From contig OZ024741.1 in the NCBI GenBank assembly GCA_964016885.1, positions 391,158,001 through 391,222,000 of the forward strand: a stretch of DNA of 64,000 nucleotides. Reading direction: 5' to 3'. The DNA is from Eledone cirrhosa. Taxonomy: Eukaryota. Below are positions 1 to 14,100 of the stretch, piece after piece. Under the pieces are notes generated by a model. That model was not told where the DNA came from. It worked only from the letters and a program-made list of their open reading frames with translations, and searched no databases. The translations under genes were made by a program, and so were the position numbers. Each line of letters begins with the position of its first letter. Within the stretch, counting starts at the first letter, position 1.

Positions 1-13
1 ACCAGGACTTGAC

Positions 14-1146
14 ATGTGGTGGCTTCTGGGATGTGTGATTGTGGAGGGGACGGATACCGTCCCTATAGAAGTGACCAGAACGGCCAGAGAGGACTGGTCC
101 GGGGTTGACCTGGAGATTCTTCTCCAGATCAGGCTCGAGAATGTGAAGACAATCCCGGACCACACCCGCCTTCAGAATGGGACGGTCATTCACATTATGA
201 CCGAAGCTAAAGGGCCGCATTGTTTTGTTTGTGGGGAAAAAACCCATTTGCGAGCCTTCTGCCCTCAACTGCTGAAAGAGGCAAGGGGTCGAAAGGCTCC
301 ACTGCTGCCGACGCCGGGGCGAGGACCACAACCAACACCAGCACCGGCAAAACCACCAACAACAACACCAATAGAAAGACCACCACCAACATTGACCACC
401 CAGTGGGGAAACGAGGAAAGCTGTCAAATTACCCCTCCACCCAAAAATACACACACCAATAAAACGACAAACATACACACAGACACACTTACAGACACAG
501 ACCCCTCATCTACCAGTAGTGAAGATGAGGGAAAACCAAAATACAAAAAAGGAAACAAAAAGAAAAAAAAAAAACTCAACAAAGCACAAAATCACCCACA
601 ATAAAAAACGCAGACACCACCCACGCAAACATCTCTCCAATAACACCAACATCAACACCACCATCACCATCACCAGAATCCCCCAAACGCAAACAACCGA
701 AACAGACGCAAGAACAAATATACACACAAACATCTGAAACCAAAGACACCGCACTCACAACAAACACAGTCACAACCGAAACAACACCACCAAAACCATC
801 ACCACCACAGCCACGAAAACAAATAAAATCACACCAACAAAACATACAAAACTTCGTGCTCGTCAGGAGGGCCAACAAGGAACTGATGGCCCTCGTAGCA
901 CGAAGTGAAAATATACAAAAAGAGGGGGAAATTTTTAAATCGAGCACATTTCGCGTGCCGGAAGATTTGGTTCTGGTGCGAATGTCGCTCGATTTATGCA
1001 AAGAAATACGAGACACCTTTCCTCGGGACGTGGGAACCCCGAACGTAAAACCCACTTCAAGACTTTTAAAGGAGTTCCCAAAAGAAACCCCACCAACTAT
1101 GGAGGTCGAACCACCCGACCTTCACAAGAGCCCGGAAGGTAAGTAA
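14..1146 (+). pseudogene. Tx1 ORF1 (gag-like, one CCHC zinc knuckle, Pro/Thr-rich tail), frameshifted and 5'-incomplete
   Basis: ORFs 14..604 and 856..1146; knuckle and flanking motifs match the other ORF1 copies in the window. Confidence 0.8.
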
Positions 1147-1178
1147 ACCTTTCCTCTCTCTCTTTTTAACCTGCCAAC

Positions 1179-4100
1179 ATGGCCGTATTAAGAGTAGGAT
1201 GTTTAAATGTTCGAGGCCTGGGATCGTCCTGGAAGCAGGGTCACCTGCTCAACGACCTCAGGTCTCTAGAAATGGATGTAATTGCCGTCAGCAAGATCAG
1301 GATTTCCGACACACGCGCACTAACCCCCATTTTCGACGACTATCAGATTTTTGCATCTGTTAGCCGGCCGGGAATGGGAGGCGGGGTGGCAGTGCTGTTT
1401 AGGAAAGGCCTGGATCTCGAGGTAAGGTCGATCTTTCGGGACCCGGACGGGAAGTTGGTGGTCCTGGACGTGAACAATAACGAAGGTGGTGTCTTTAGAC
1501 TGGTGGCCGTCTATGCTCCTACTGGGGAAGGACGGCCGGACTTCTTTAGACGCCTGGAAGCCTTTCTGGGTACGTCTCGCTCTTTACTGTTAGTGGGGAA
1601 CTGGAACAGCATCTTAAACGCACGCTGGGACTGTGTGGGAGTATCCGATAGGAGCGGGGGGTACAAAAGCCTCAAGTACCTGATCAGCCAGTTCCAACTG
1701 TCTGACAGGTACCGACTAGATTTCCCTAATGCGCCAGTGTGGACCTGGACTAACCGCATAGGGTCATCTAGATCGTATATAGACAGGATATTCATTAGGA
1801 AAATAGACAGAAATAGTGTAAGCTGTCCACGTTTTGAAACGGTCGCCTATTCAGATCACAAGTTTGTGATCTGTATGGTCGACCTAGATAAGACGCGTAG
1901 GTTAGGACCTGGTTACTGGAAGCTAAACATGTCATTTCCGGCACGTAAGGCTTACAGGGACCAGGTCAACAATTTAGTTAAGAAAAAGTTGACAGGGGGA
2001 GTCGTCAACAATAGATGGTGGGGGGCTCTCAAAAGAGAGATTAAAGTAATGTCGATAGAGTTTAGCAAAGAAATAGCGTTAGAGAAAAATAGAAAGGAGG
2101 GGGAGTTGGTAGATAAGTTAGACGAGGCTATTGGTGGTGGCATTGCAACTGATGTGCTAGCGGCGAGAATGCCATTAGACCATTTCTTCAATGCGAAACA
2201 CGAAGGTTGAATTGTCAGAGCTAAGGCGCGTGCTCTGAGAAACGAAAGCTGTTCGATGGGCCCGCGTGGCAGAGGCGCAGCATGGTAATAAAACCACGAT
2301 TCGGTCTTTTACGGACCGAGACGGGCTCGAGCTGAGCGATTCCAAGCGGATGTGTTAGGCCTTTCGCCAACATTTTGCTCGGTTGTTCGGGGGAAGTGGC
2401 GGGTCAGAGATGGTGGCGGACTTCAGTCGCTACCTCGATGGCTTGCCGCAACTATCGACGGCTGACGCTGGGCGCTGCGAAAGGCCAATTACTTCAGCCG
2501 AGATTCAGGATGCCCTTGTCGGCTGCATGAGGCGCAAGTCACCCGGTTTGGATGGTCTGCCCTACGAGCTTTACGTAAATATGCCAGACTTGTTCTCCAA
2601 TCTCCTCGAAGCCCTCTACTGCAACTGGCAGCAAAACGGGAGTATTCCCAGTTCTGTGAGCCGGGGCGTAGTGACGCTGATAAGGAAAGACGAGAACAAG
2701 AGGGACACATTAGACAATTTCAGGCCCATAACTCTGCTCAACACAGAGTTTAAGATTTTGGTCAGGGTGTTAGCGAAGAGGTTGGCGCTTGTCGTCGGGG
2801 ATTTGGTTGGGGAGGCGCAAACTTGCGCAATCCCAACCAGGTCCATACACGACAACCCCCACCTAATGCGATACATCATAGAGAGGTAGGGTGTAAACCT
2901 GGCTTCGGTGGAGCTCTGATCAATTTAGATCAATCGAAAGCATTCGATAGGGTCGTCCATCGGTACCTGGAGGCTGTCCTCAAGGCGGCTGGCTTCGGCC
3001 CCGTCTTCAGAAGCTGGATCGCTGCAATGCACAGCGGCACCTGCTCGATGGTCAAAATTAATGGCCACCTCTCGGAACCGTTTCAGGTCTCCCGATCGGT
3101 CCGTCAAGGGTGCCCTCTCTCCTCCCTTCTGTACGTATTGACTCACGGAAGCTGGAGCTGTTGCAGGGCATCCCGCTCGAACCGGGACGCGGAGAGGCTG
3201 TGCCGGCTTATGCGGACGACATCACCGTGATGGTGTCGGACACCTCAGAAATCGAGGTGGTCGGCAACTTATTGGAGGAATAGGAAAGGTTGATGGGAGC
3301 AAAACTTAACCCGGAAAAGTCGGTGGGCTTGCAACTCGGCACCTGGAGAGGCAAGTCCATGCCGTCCAACAGCGTCGTTAGGAGCTGGACGGACGGACCG
3401 GTAAAGTTGCTCGGGGTTTGGTTAGGGCCAGACATCCAGGTGGATAAGAATTGGGACAAGGTGACGGGCAGGGTAGCCAGTCTCACCCAGAAATGGGCTG
3501 GGATGAAGCTATCACTGAAAGGTCGGGCGGAGGTGGCGAACACGAACATCGCGTCCGTCATCTACTACCGTCTGACCGTCGTCCCTTGCCCCCGTTCGCG
3601 CCTCGCCATCTTGGAGCGGCTCCTCTTCAAATTATTGTGGAGAGGTCAGGTTCCGCTGGTGAGGCGGTCCATCTGCTGCCAGCACCCTCTACGTGGAGGG
3701 CTGGGCATGCCGTGGCTAATGAAGCGCAGGCACGCGCTGAGGCTGCGGTATCTCCAGATATTCTGCCTAAACGGTGAACAGGTGTGGTCGCCGTTTGTCA
3801 GACGGGCCTTTCCGCAGCTCGTTTCTTTGAGTGAGCTGCAGTCCTGGGTCAAGAAGAGACCGAGACTGGGTGACTGGCATCTGGAATGTTGCCAGGCACT
3901 CACTGCCCTCTACCAGGCGGGCAATGCAGTCAGTGGAACTTCCACTCTCAAGTTCTATAGAGGATTAGTGGTGGGAAAGTGCGACGACGCACTCGGAGAG
4001 GCTAACCAGTCGAACTAACCAGTCTGTACTGGAGGACTTTCGAGCCGGGGACGATGGATAATTTCCAAAACTCCCTCGCTTGGCAGTGCTACCGGGGGGA

Positions 4101-4551
4101 ACTGCCGGTTCGAAATAAACTCTACAGGCACGGAAGTGCTGTCAGACGGACATGCCCGAGATGCGCGCAGAGCGACGAAACCGTTCTGCACGCACTCATC
4201 CAGTGTTCGTGCATTACTGACTTGTAGAGTTATGTTGAACAGCTGTTGTCGCGTGTAGAACGGATCCAGCTATCGGCCGAGTCCATAGTGAAGATCGACC
4301 CACCGCCTTCTTTTGGCCAGGAAGGGCAGGCAATTTTCCTCTGTCTGGTGGCAGAAGCGAAAGAGGTTGAAAGGACTGAAGACAGACACTTTTCTCTTCG
4401 GCCAATCCCTCATCAACTTTTTCAAGTTTCACTTGGAAAGGATGGTGAGGGTGGAGAGAGAAGTGCTGCCCCCCCCGTACATTTGCTGAAAGGTGGGTGA
4501 ATGTGGCGAGAATGGCCCGTGTGAGTGGGCCTACTCTGGTCATGCGGCTGT
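1179..4551 (+). pseudogene. Tx1 ORF2 (APE endonuclease + reverse transcriptase + zinc finger), multiple stops and frameshifts
   Basis: Fragments 1179..2210, 2383..2889, 3290..4018 and 4246..4500 are colinear with the near-intact ORF2 at 23788..27207. Confidence 0.9.
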
Positions 4552-4838
4552 AGGTAGGTAAATTTGAGGAGGACAGGGTTGCCCTTCCAAGGTGCTCACG
4601 AAGCGTCGGGTCGTTCAGGATTGGTGGAGTACCTGAGCGAACCCTGGATGGTCATCCCCCCTATTGAGGAATTTTTTCTTCTTGTAATTTTATTGTTACT
4701 TTGTTATTGTTATTCATATTGTTTACTCGATTTTTCTGTAAAACCCCACTGTCCCAGTCTTTTGTATTGTCCCCTATATGTCGGCCCTTGTGACCAATAA
4801 ATGAAATCATTATTATTATTACTATTATTATTATTATT

Positions 4839-5057
4839 GTTCTTTGAGTCTCAGTCATTGATGTTAGTTAACTGGAAAGTTTGTTGAAATGAATATCAAG
4901 CCACTGCCTGCAGCCTCAGATATTCAGGACGTATCGGAGGGTTCTTGCTGTTCCCAGCAAGCATGTCTTTTGAAGCGTTCCAAAAAGCGTGGCGGGGCCA
5001 ATTTTCTTTAACCATCCCTGGAAATTTTTTGAGATAGTACCTAGTGCGCCTATGACA

Positions 5058-5059
<2 letters not shown>
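4839..5059 (-). mobile_element. Extreme 5'-truncated R4/Dong-type copy (last ~220 bp only)
   Basis: Nearly identical to the 3' end of the intact element at 11135-11350 (IGALGTISK...GTLQK..LLGTARTLRYVLNI plus 3' UTR); TTA tracts on both sides. Confidence 0.9.

Positions 5060-5132
<73 letters not shown>
5058..5132. repeat. (TTA)n microsatellite separating elements
   Basis: Perfect TTA run. Confidence 0.97.
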
Positions 5133-5349
5133 GAATGCTATGGTTGGCGGAGGCTCGGCTCTGTAAGGTATTGTAAATTTTGACCGCTATAACAATTGTA
5201 AATTGTTTAAAACTTTAACCAACTTGTAGACAAAAACACCCTCCTCCTCGTGAGAGGGGTCTTTCTGCCCGTTATTTGGCCCTTCGAGGTTAAATAACTG
5301 CTTATTGGGGTTTTGTGCCCAATATTTATTTTAAACAAAAAAAAACAAC

Positions 5350-7453
5350 ATGGCTACGAAAAAGAATTTTCATAGGTCACTCCCACTCATTCCGTTTTCT
5401 TCTTCCTCAATCGTCACTACAGCAGAGAGAAGATTGTCTCTCTCCCTCCCTTCTTTAAATGTGTCTCTCTCCCTCCCTTCTCTTTCGCAAGTGACGAAAG
5501 AAAAGAAAAGTCTCGTGCAAAGCGTGCAAGGTTTCTCCACGACGACGACGACAACGACGAAACAGGTGTGCGGGAAATACGAAAACCCATTTCATTCGTC
5601 TGACGTCAGGAATAATAGCAGTAGCAGCCGTAATAACAACAGCAACAGTGACAAGGAAAACAACAGTAACAGCCGCAACAGCATCAGCAGCAGCATAAAC
5701 AACAACAGCATTAGCAGCAGCAACAACAACAACAACCACAGCAACAGCGGCGGCGGCAGTAGTCGTAGTACCTGCAGCAACAACAAAAGTAACAGCAGCT
5801 CTGACGACAACAACAACAACAACAGCAGCAAGGAATAACCAATCTCGTTTGCAGGTATCGCGAAGAACCTGGAAACAGTCCTCATAACAAATGAGGAATT
5901 AGAGGAAGCGAAGAAGATGGTGACAAAAACTGGACACCGAGCAATCTGCAAGGCAGCGGAAAATGTTTTCGAAACCCAACAGCACTGTACGGTCACGTAC
6001 CGTACAGTAAGTACAAAATCCCGTAGGGTTGAAAGAGCCACATAGGCTCAAATACAAAAAGCCTTGGGGTCTGTGTGGCTGCGGAAAACGCACATCATCC
6101 GAGGCAAGAAATATGCCACCATAGACGTACTTTTTGCCACACCCCAGGAAGCAAAGGCTCAATCCTTAGTGACCCTAAGGAGCGAGGAAATGGTGTTGGT
6201 GCCCTCCTACTGCGGGCAAAAATTTGTGAGGGTCAAACTGACCCCCCCTCCCCGGGATGGCCCCTTCTTCGCTGGCCGCGTCTGTCCTCGTCGGAATCGA
6301 GGACAAAACAACTGTACTGCAAGTACAGAAAAAAGTAAGAGAAGATTGGGTCGGCACCTCCATTGAGATGTTAATCCAAACCAACCAGGAGTGCATCGAA
6401 GCTATCCCGGATGTGATAGACTTCGATAACGGCACTCAACTGCCCATAAGTGTTGAGGGCAAACGCCCGAAATGCTTTCGCTGTGGATCGAAGACTCACC
6501 TCAGGGCCTTCTGCAACGAGAAGACCCTGAGAAAGGAGAAAACCCCCCTCCTTCCGAAACCGGCTCCACGGCTACCAGCAACAGGACAAGTGGCAACCAG
6601 GAACGATAGGTCCGTGGCACCCATACCCACGCCACGGAAATCAAAAACAGCAGCAGCAGTGGAAGTATTAACAACAACAACAGCAATACCAAATGCAGCT
6701 GCAACAGAGACTCCAGTGCAAACATCACCAACAACAACAAGTGAAAGAGTGGAGCTGGTACCTCTCCCCGACCTCACAGAATCAGACATGGAGTGTGAGG
6801 TGGGAGAGGGATGGCAAAAGGTCGTAAGAAGGCACAAACGCAGAAGCAGCGCATCGTCGCCTTTGAAAAGGGAGGAAAGAAATGAAAAAAGGGTAAAGTC
6901 TACTGCAAAGAGACTCACAGCAGCAACACCACCAACACCATCACCACCTACACTAGCACCACCATCACCACCGGCGACAACCCCACCGCCAACAACACCT
7001 TCAACACCACCACCACAAGCACCAACATCGCAAACACAACAACAAAACACACACACCCAGCAACAACGACAAGAAAATAGCAGAACCACACCCCACCCCC
7101 AGAAAAACAAATGCACGGCAATAAATACACACAACAAGAAAGTAATGACTTACATAATTGAACACACAGACATTTCACAACACGACTACATAATACCAGC
7201 ACCAATCAAAACGCCAACTAACATAAGACTGCTAAAAATAGCACAGAAACGATACACAAACATTAAAACGAAATTCCCCAACGCAGTTGGTGATTTCAGA
7301 GACCTAGGAGGGACACTCAACCGAAGAGTATACTCGGACATACTCATAGAAGAGCCGACGACCAGCCGAAGGGACGATTCAACGGTCCCTTCACCAGACG
7401 ATCAAGTCAAAAGGGATGGAAAAACCATCCCTCCTCTACGAAAAGTACGGTAA
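5350..7453 (+). pseudogene. Tx1 ORF1 (Asn/Ser-rich N-terminus, CCHC knuckle CFRCGSKTHLRAFC); stop at ~5838, frameshift at ~6250
   Basis: ORFs 5350..5838, 6064..6366 and 6257..7453 join up; motifs VWLRKTHI and VPSYCGQ are shared with copies D, E and F. Confidence 0.85.
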
Positions 7454-7488
7454 TTGGTCTTTCCCATCTTTTCCACTCTATTTTAAAC

Positions 7489-10400
7489 ATGACCTCACTG
7501 AGAATAGGCAGCATAAATGCGCGTGGCTTTGGGTCGTCATGGAAGCAGGGTCACCTGCTCAACGACCTCAGGTCACTAAACATAGATGTAGTGGCCATCA
7601 GCGAGACCAGAATCTCCGAAGCACGGGCCTTCGCACCGATCTTTGGCGGCTACGATGTGTACGCATCTCCCAGCCGTCCTGGATCGGGGGGGGGGGCGGG
7701 AGTTACTGTGCTTTTTCGGAGATGTTTGGATCTCGCCATACGGGCCATCTTCCTGGACCCAGAGGGTAAGTTGGTGGTGCTGGACGTGACCAGCGGAGAC
7801 GGGCAAGCTTTCATGTTAGTGGCCGTCTATGCCCGGACAGGAGCAGGGCGGCCTGATTTCTTCCGGCGTCTGGAGACCTTTCTTGGAACGTCCCGCTCTT
7901 TAGTGTTAGTGGGCGACTGGAACGGGATCTTAGATGCAAGCTGGGACTGTGTGGGATTAGCGGATAGGGAAGGAGGGTGCAAGAGTCTCACCAACCTGCT
8001 CAGGCTTTTTGAACTGTCTGACAGGTACCGATTGGATTTCCGGAATGTGCCTATGTGGACTTGGACAAATCGCATAGGGTCATCCAGATCATATCTAGAT
8101 AGAGTATTTTGTAGGGAAATAGATAGGTCTAGCATAGGCTGTCCACAATTCAATATAGTCAGCTACACGGACCACAAATTCGTGATCTGTGTGCTTGACT
8201 TAGATAGGCTTCATAGACGAGGACCCGGCTACTGGAAGCTAAACGCGTCCTTACCAGCGCGCAAGGCCTACAGAGACCGAATTAGCGAACTAGTAAAGCG
8301 GGCGTTGACGAGGGCCATCGTCAACAACAAGTGGTGGTTTGCTCTGAAAAGAGCGATTAGAAGAGAATCGATTAGGTTTAGTAAGGCTTTAGCAATAGAG
8401 AAAAATAGAGCAGAGGGAGAACCAGTTAGAAAATTAGACGAGGCGCTTAGCAAAGGCATTGCGACCGACGTGCTTGCGGCGAAATTGGCCCTTGACCAAT
8501 TCTTCAATGCAAAGCACGAAGGCTGCGTTGTCAGAGCTAGGGTACGTGCTCTCAGACACGAGGGGACGAAAGCCGTTCAATGGGCCCGAGTGGCGGAGGC
8601 GCGTCGTGGCAACAAAGCCACGATTCGGTCTTTGGTGGACCGCGACGGGTGCATGCTACTCGATCCCGGGCAAATGTGTGAAGCTTTTCAGCGACACTTC
8701 GCTCAGCTGTTCGGGGGCAGCGGTGGGCCGGGTCGAGGGATGGACTTTAGTGTCTACCTCGACGGACTGCCGCGGCTCTCAGCCACTGAGGCGAAGTGTT
8801 GCGAAAAGCCGATAACAGCCGCTGAAGTAAGGGAGGCAATGACTGGCTGCACAAGGGATAAATCGCCTGGTTTGGATGGTCTGCCCTATGAACTTTACGT
8901 ACAGATGCCAGACTTGTTCGGAGGCCTCTTGGCGGACGTCTACTGCAACTGGCAACAGAACGGGAGAATTCCCAGTTCTGTGAGCCGAGGAGCGGTGGCA
9001 CTGCTGAGAAAGGATCCGAACAAGGGGGATAACATAGATAATTTCAGGCCCATAACCCTGCTAAACCCAGAGTTCAAGATTTTGGCCAAGGTGCTAGCAA
9101 ACAGGTTGGCGCTTGTCGTTGGTGGTCTGGTGGGAGAGGCGCAGACATGCGCCATTCCCGACAGATCCATTCACGACAACCTCCACCTCATGCGATACAT
9201 CGTAGAGAGGGTAGCTAGGGAACCTGGCACGGGTGGCTCCTTGATCAATTTAGATCAGTCGAAAGCTTTCGATAGGGTCGACCATCGTTACCTAGCGGCA
9301 GTCCTGAGGGCGGCTGGCTTTGGGCCTGTCTTCAGTCTTCAGAGGCTGGATCGCTGCCATGCACAGCGACATCTGCTCTGTGGTGAGAGTGAACGGTCAC
9401 CTGTCGGAACCGTTCAACATCATGCGCTCGGTCCGCCAAGGATGTCCCCTCTCGTCCCTCTTGTACGTATTGACTCTCGAGCCATTACTGCACAAACTGG
9501 AGACGTTGAGGGGCGTCCCGCGCGAACTAGGATGCGGAAGATCCGTGTCAGCATATGCGGACGATGTCACCGTAGTGGTGTCGAACGCCAAACACATCGA
9601 GGCGATCGGCACTACACTAAGAGAATACGAAGCGTGACAGGAGCAATGATCAACCAGGAAAAGTCAGTGGGCCTGCAGCTCGGCACCTGGAGAGGCAGGT
9701 CCATGCCGTCCAACAGCGTCGTCGGACGCTGGACGGACGGACCGGTTAAATTGCTCGGGGTCTGGTTCGGTCCGGACCTCCAGACGGACAAAAACTGGGA
9801 CGAGGTGACGGAAATGGGCGGAGAGGAAGCTATCCCTGAAATGTCGAGCGTCGTACCGTCGTACCTTGTCCTAAGCCTCGCCTGACTGCGCTGGAGCGTT
9901 TGCTCTTTCGCTTTTTGTGGAAGGGATGCGCTCCGATGGTCAGGCGGTCCATCTGTTGTCAACACCCGCTACGTGGAGGGCTGGGCATGCCGTGGCTGAT
10001 GATGCGCAGGCACGCGCTCAGGCTACGACATCTCCACCTCTTCCTCGACGGTGATCAGGTGTGGTCGCCGTTTGCTAGACACGTATTTCCCCAGCTCGTT
10101 TCCTTGACGGAGCTGCAGTCCTGGGTCAAGCGAAGACCGAGAGGGAGCGCCTGGAGACTGGAATGTCTTCAGGCGCTCACAGCCCTCGACCAATCGGGCA
10201 ATGTGATCGGTGGAAACTCCACCTCGGCGTTCTATAGAGGATTAGTGGAGGGGAAGAGCGACGACGTACTTGGAGAAACTCTAGGCGTCGACGAAAATCA
10301 AGTAGCCAATCTCTTCGGAAGGACTTTCGGGCCGGGGCCTATGGACAACTTCCAGAAATCTCTGGCCTGGCAGTGCTACCGAGGAGCCTTGCCAGTTCGG

Positions 10401-10847
10401 GATAAACTCTACAGGTATGTCAGCCGGGCATGTCCGAGATGCGCGCAGGGCGACGAAACCGTCCTGCACGCACTCGTCCAGTGTCCGAAAATTGCTGACT
10501 TGTGGGTTTATGTCGAACACCTGCTGTCGCGTGTAGGACGGATCCGGTTATCATCTCAGTCCATCGTGAGGATTTCCCCGCCCTCCTCCTTTAGCCGGGA
10601 AGGGCAGGCAGTTTTTATCTGTCTGGTGGCCATGGCGAAAGAGATAGTATGGTGGACACGTTTGAAAGGGCTGAAGACGAGCTCTTACCTCTTCGGTGAT
10701 GCTCTGATTGACTTTTTCAAATTTCATTTGAAAAGGAAAATCAGAGTAGAGAGGGAAGTGCTCTCTTCCCAGCATTTTGGTGAAAGATGGGTGAGAGAAG
10801 CAAGTATGGCCCGAGTGAATGGGCCTTCTCTGAGTATGTGTCTGTAA
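7489..10847 (+). pseudogene. Tx1 ORF2 (APE-RT), broken by a 7-bp duplication (GTCTTCA, ~9328-9341) and small deletions at ~9630-9860
   Basis: Near-identical to ORF2 of copies D and E outside the lesions. Confidence 0.92.
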
Positions 10848-11134
10848 ATTAAAGGTGGAAAACTGGGAGAGGGCACTTGCCTTGGTGGTCAGCGTCACTG
10901 TGGCCTTTTACTGGGCTTTCTCCACAAATGTCCCTCCGAAGTCTCCCCCCTATTGGGGAATTTTTCATTGTTATTTTTTTGTTACATCCTCTGTTTTTGT
11001 TTTTTACACGCAGAAATGCCCATTTGTACCGTACTGTATTGTCCTGCACTGTCCTTAATGTCTACTTTATGTAAACCCTTGTGGTTAAAAAAGAAATCAT
11101 CATCAATTATTATTATTATTATTGTTATTGTTAT

Positions 11135-14100
11135 TCCTTGAATCTCAGTCATTGATGTTGGTTAACTGGAAAGTCCGTTGGATTGAATATCAAGCCACTA
11201 CCTGCAGCCTCAGATATTCAGGACGTATCGGAGGGTTCTTGCTGTTCCAAGCAAGCATGCCTTTTGAAGCGTTCCAAAAAGCGTGAAGGGGCCGATTTTC
11301 TTTAACCATCCCTGGAAACCTTTGGAGATAGTCCCCAGTGCGCCTATGACAATCGGGATCACTTTGACTTCATGGCAGTTCCAAATCCTTTTCACCTCCC
11401 ACTTTAGGTCCTGGTATCGGTTAATTTTCTCCCTCTCCTTCTCTTGCACTCTCGTGTCGAACGGGCAGGCCACATCCACAATCAGGCACGATCTTTTTTC
11501 TTTGTCCACAACCACCAGGTCAGGTCTATTGTGTTCCAGTTTTTTGTCCGTCTGTATCCTAAAATCCCACAGCACCTTCACCTGACTGTTCTCCATCACC
11601 GCCTCTGGCCTATGCTCATACCATTTCTCAGAATGTGGTAGATTGTTTACTTTGCACAGGTGCCAGTGGATCACCCTGCCCATCACATCGTGTCTCCAGC
11701 CCTTATAGTGGGTCTGGGCTAGGTGTTTACACTCGGACACAATGTGAGCCACAGTCTCCTCTCTCTCTCCACAGATCCTGCACAGTGGGCTAGCCTCCTC
11801 CTTGTAGATATGGTGCTTCAACCACTTCGTTTTGAGGGCCTGCTCCTGCGCAGCCATTAGCATTCCTTCTGTAGCCTTTTTGAGGTCTCCTCTTCTCAAC
11901 CAGTTCCATGTCTGTGGATCTCTAAATTCAGTTTTCTCAAAGAAGGTACTATGAAGGGATTTTCCCTTAAGGCTGCTCTTCCTCCTTGATGTTATTTCCT
12001 CCTTGGACATCCCCTGGCCTATTGTCCCCTCCTTCAGTACAGTTCTGAGCATTGGCTCCTTACTATCAGTCACGTATTTGTGTAGGTTGTTTTTCTCCAT
12101 CTGAACACACTCCTCTATGCTGATAAGACCTCTTCCACCCTCAGATCTCCTTAAGTAGAGTCTATCGACATCACTCCTCTTGTGGAACATGTTGTAGATA
12201 GTCAATAGCTTCCTAGTCTTCCTATCCATTTCTTTTTGTTCAGCAACATTCCATCTCAGAATTCCCGCACTGTACCTAATAATAGACACAGCTCGGGAAT
12301 TTACTGCGCTTATGGCATTTCTGCTGTTCAGATGTGACTTCAATACGCTCCTTACTCTCCGAATGTATTCAGCTCTTAACAATTCCTTCATTTTTTTGTT
12401 CTTTATGCCATCAGCCTCCAGAACGCCCAAATACTTGTATCCTTCCTCAGAGTCAATTTCCTTTATCATCTCACCTGTTGGTATCTGGATCCCGTTACTT
12501 CTGCTCAACCTACCCCTCTTCATCACAATGACTCCACATTTACCAATACCAAACTGCATACATATATCACTGCTGAAAATACGGACAGTGTCAACAAGCA
12601 CATCCAACTCCTTCTCACTTTTCCCGAAGAACTTAAGATCGTCCATGAAGAGGAGGTGATTGATGGTAAGCTCTCCCCTTCCCAACTTGTATCCTGCTCT
12701 CACTTTTCGCAGCATAATGGTCAAGGGCATCAGGGCAAGGACAAACAACAGAGGGGACAGGCTATCTCCCTGGAAGATACCTCTCTTGATCTTCACGCTT
12801 CCCAAGGATACTCCAGTTGATGTCAACTCTGTCTCCCAGGACCCCATACTCCTGCCCAGCAACTGTCTGATGTTATCTGCCACCCTGAAGATCTCCAGGC
12901 TTTTGGTGATCCAGGAATGAGGCACCATGTCAAATGCCTTTCTGTAGTCTATCCATCCCATGGCAAGATCAGTGTGTCTCCTCCTGCAATTCCCCATTAC
13001 CATCTTATCAATAAGCAACTGGTCCTTTGTACCACGTGACTTCTTTCGGCATCCTTTCTGTTCGTCCGGTAACAAGTTGTTTGTGTGGAGGTGATGGCAG
13101 ATTTCCTCAGACACAATGCTCGTCAACAGTTTCCACATTACGGGCAGACATGTGATAGGTCTATAGTTGGTAACATCATTACCCTTGATTCGGTCTTTCA
13201 TTATCAGAACTGTGGTACCTTTTGTCAACCACTCTGGCACCTCACCCGACACCAAGCAGTCATTGAACATGGCCGTCAGCTTCGGGTGGAGGGATGTTAA
13301 ATGTTTAATCCAATACCCCTGCACACCATCTGGGCCTGGTGATTTCCAGTTGGTTAGTTTTTTGGCTTGCCCCTTAAGAGTTTCAACTGTGATACTCAAA
13401 TCAGTCTGTTGTTGTGCCTGCTCACCGATCTCCCTCTGTACTGTCTCAATCCACCCTGCCTGGGCATTGTGTCTAACATCCTGCTCCCATATTCCTCTCC
13501 AGAATGTTTTAGCTTGTTCCGCCCCAGGGATCAAGTCGTTGCCTCTTTCTTTCCCCTCAAGCTGTCCAAACAGCATCTTCTGGTTGTTGTCGAACATGCG
13601 GTTCTGTTTATACTGACTGACTCTGTTCTCGTATCGCCTGATTTTGGCACTCTTTGCTACAATGCGTTGCTTCAATTCCTCTATGATAATATTTAGCTTT
13701 TTACTCCTAGTTTTGTATTTTATTTCCAGTCTATTTTTAGTGCCTATGTTTTTTAGTGTCCCATTCAGTAGTGACTCAAGCTTTCCTATGTCATTTCTCA
13801 TTTCCCCGATTTGCCCACTCAGTCGCTTCTTCCACCACGGCTCTGCTCTTTCTTGTCTGTTGTTTCCTCTCGCTTTTATACCAAGTAGTTTCCTCACCGT
13901 ATTTGCTGTTGCTTTGAGGATATTGTTGCACTGGTGAAGACTCCTCGCCTCAAGGTATGGGATGACTTTGTTTACCTTAGCTGTTGTTTCTTTTAACTTT
14001 TTCCTGTCTACAAATCTTAGGTTCATAGGTCTCCCACTATCATTGTTCAACTCATCTACCACTAAATCTAGGATGTCAACCGAATCTTGTCCTAGCCCGT

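Larger units (their letters stand above)
1..4808 (+). mobile_element. Tx1-type (L1 clade) non-LTR retrotransposon, copy A, decayed; 5' end lies outside the window
   Basis: ORF1 remnant with CCHC knuckle CFVCGEKTHLRAFC. ORF2 pieces: APE (LNVRGL, YAP, SDH), RT (KSPGLDG, NFRPITLLN, KAFDRV, RQGCPLS, YADD) and C-terminal CPRC..ETV.H. Ends ...CCAATAAATGAAATC followed by (ATT)n. Confidence 0.92.
5133..11100 (+). mobile_element. Full-length Tx1-type retrotransposon, copy B (distinct 5'UTR/ORF1), disrupted
   Basis: Starts right after (TTA)n. 5'UTR, ORF1 from 5350, ORF2 7489..10847, 3'UTR ending GTGGTTAAAAAAGAAATC followed by an ATT tract. Confidence 0.93.
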
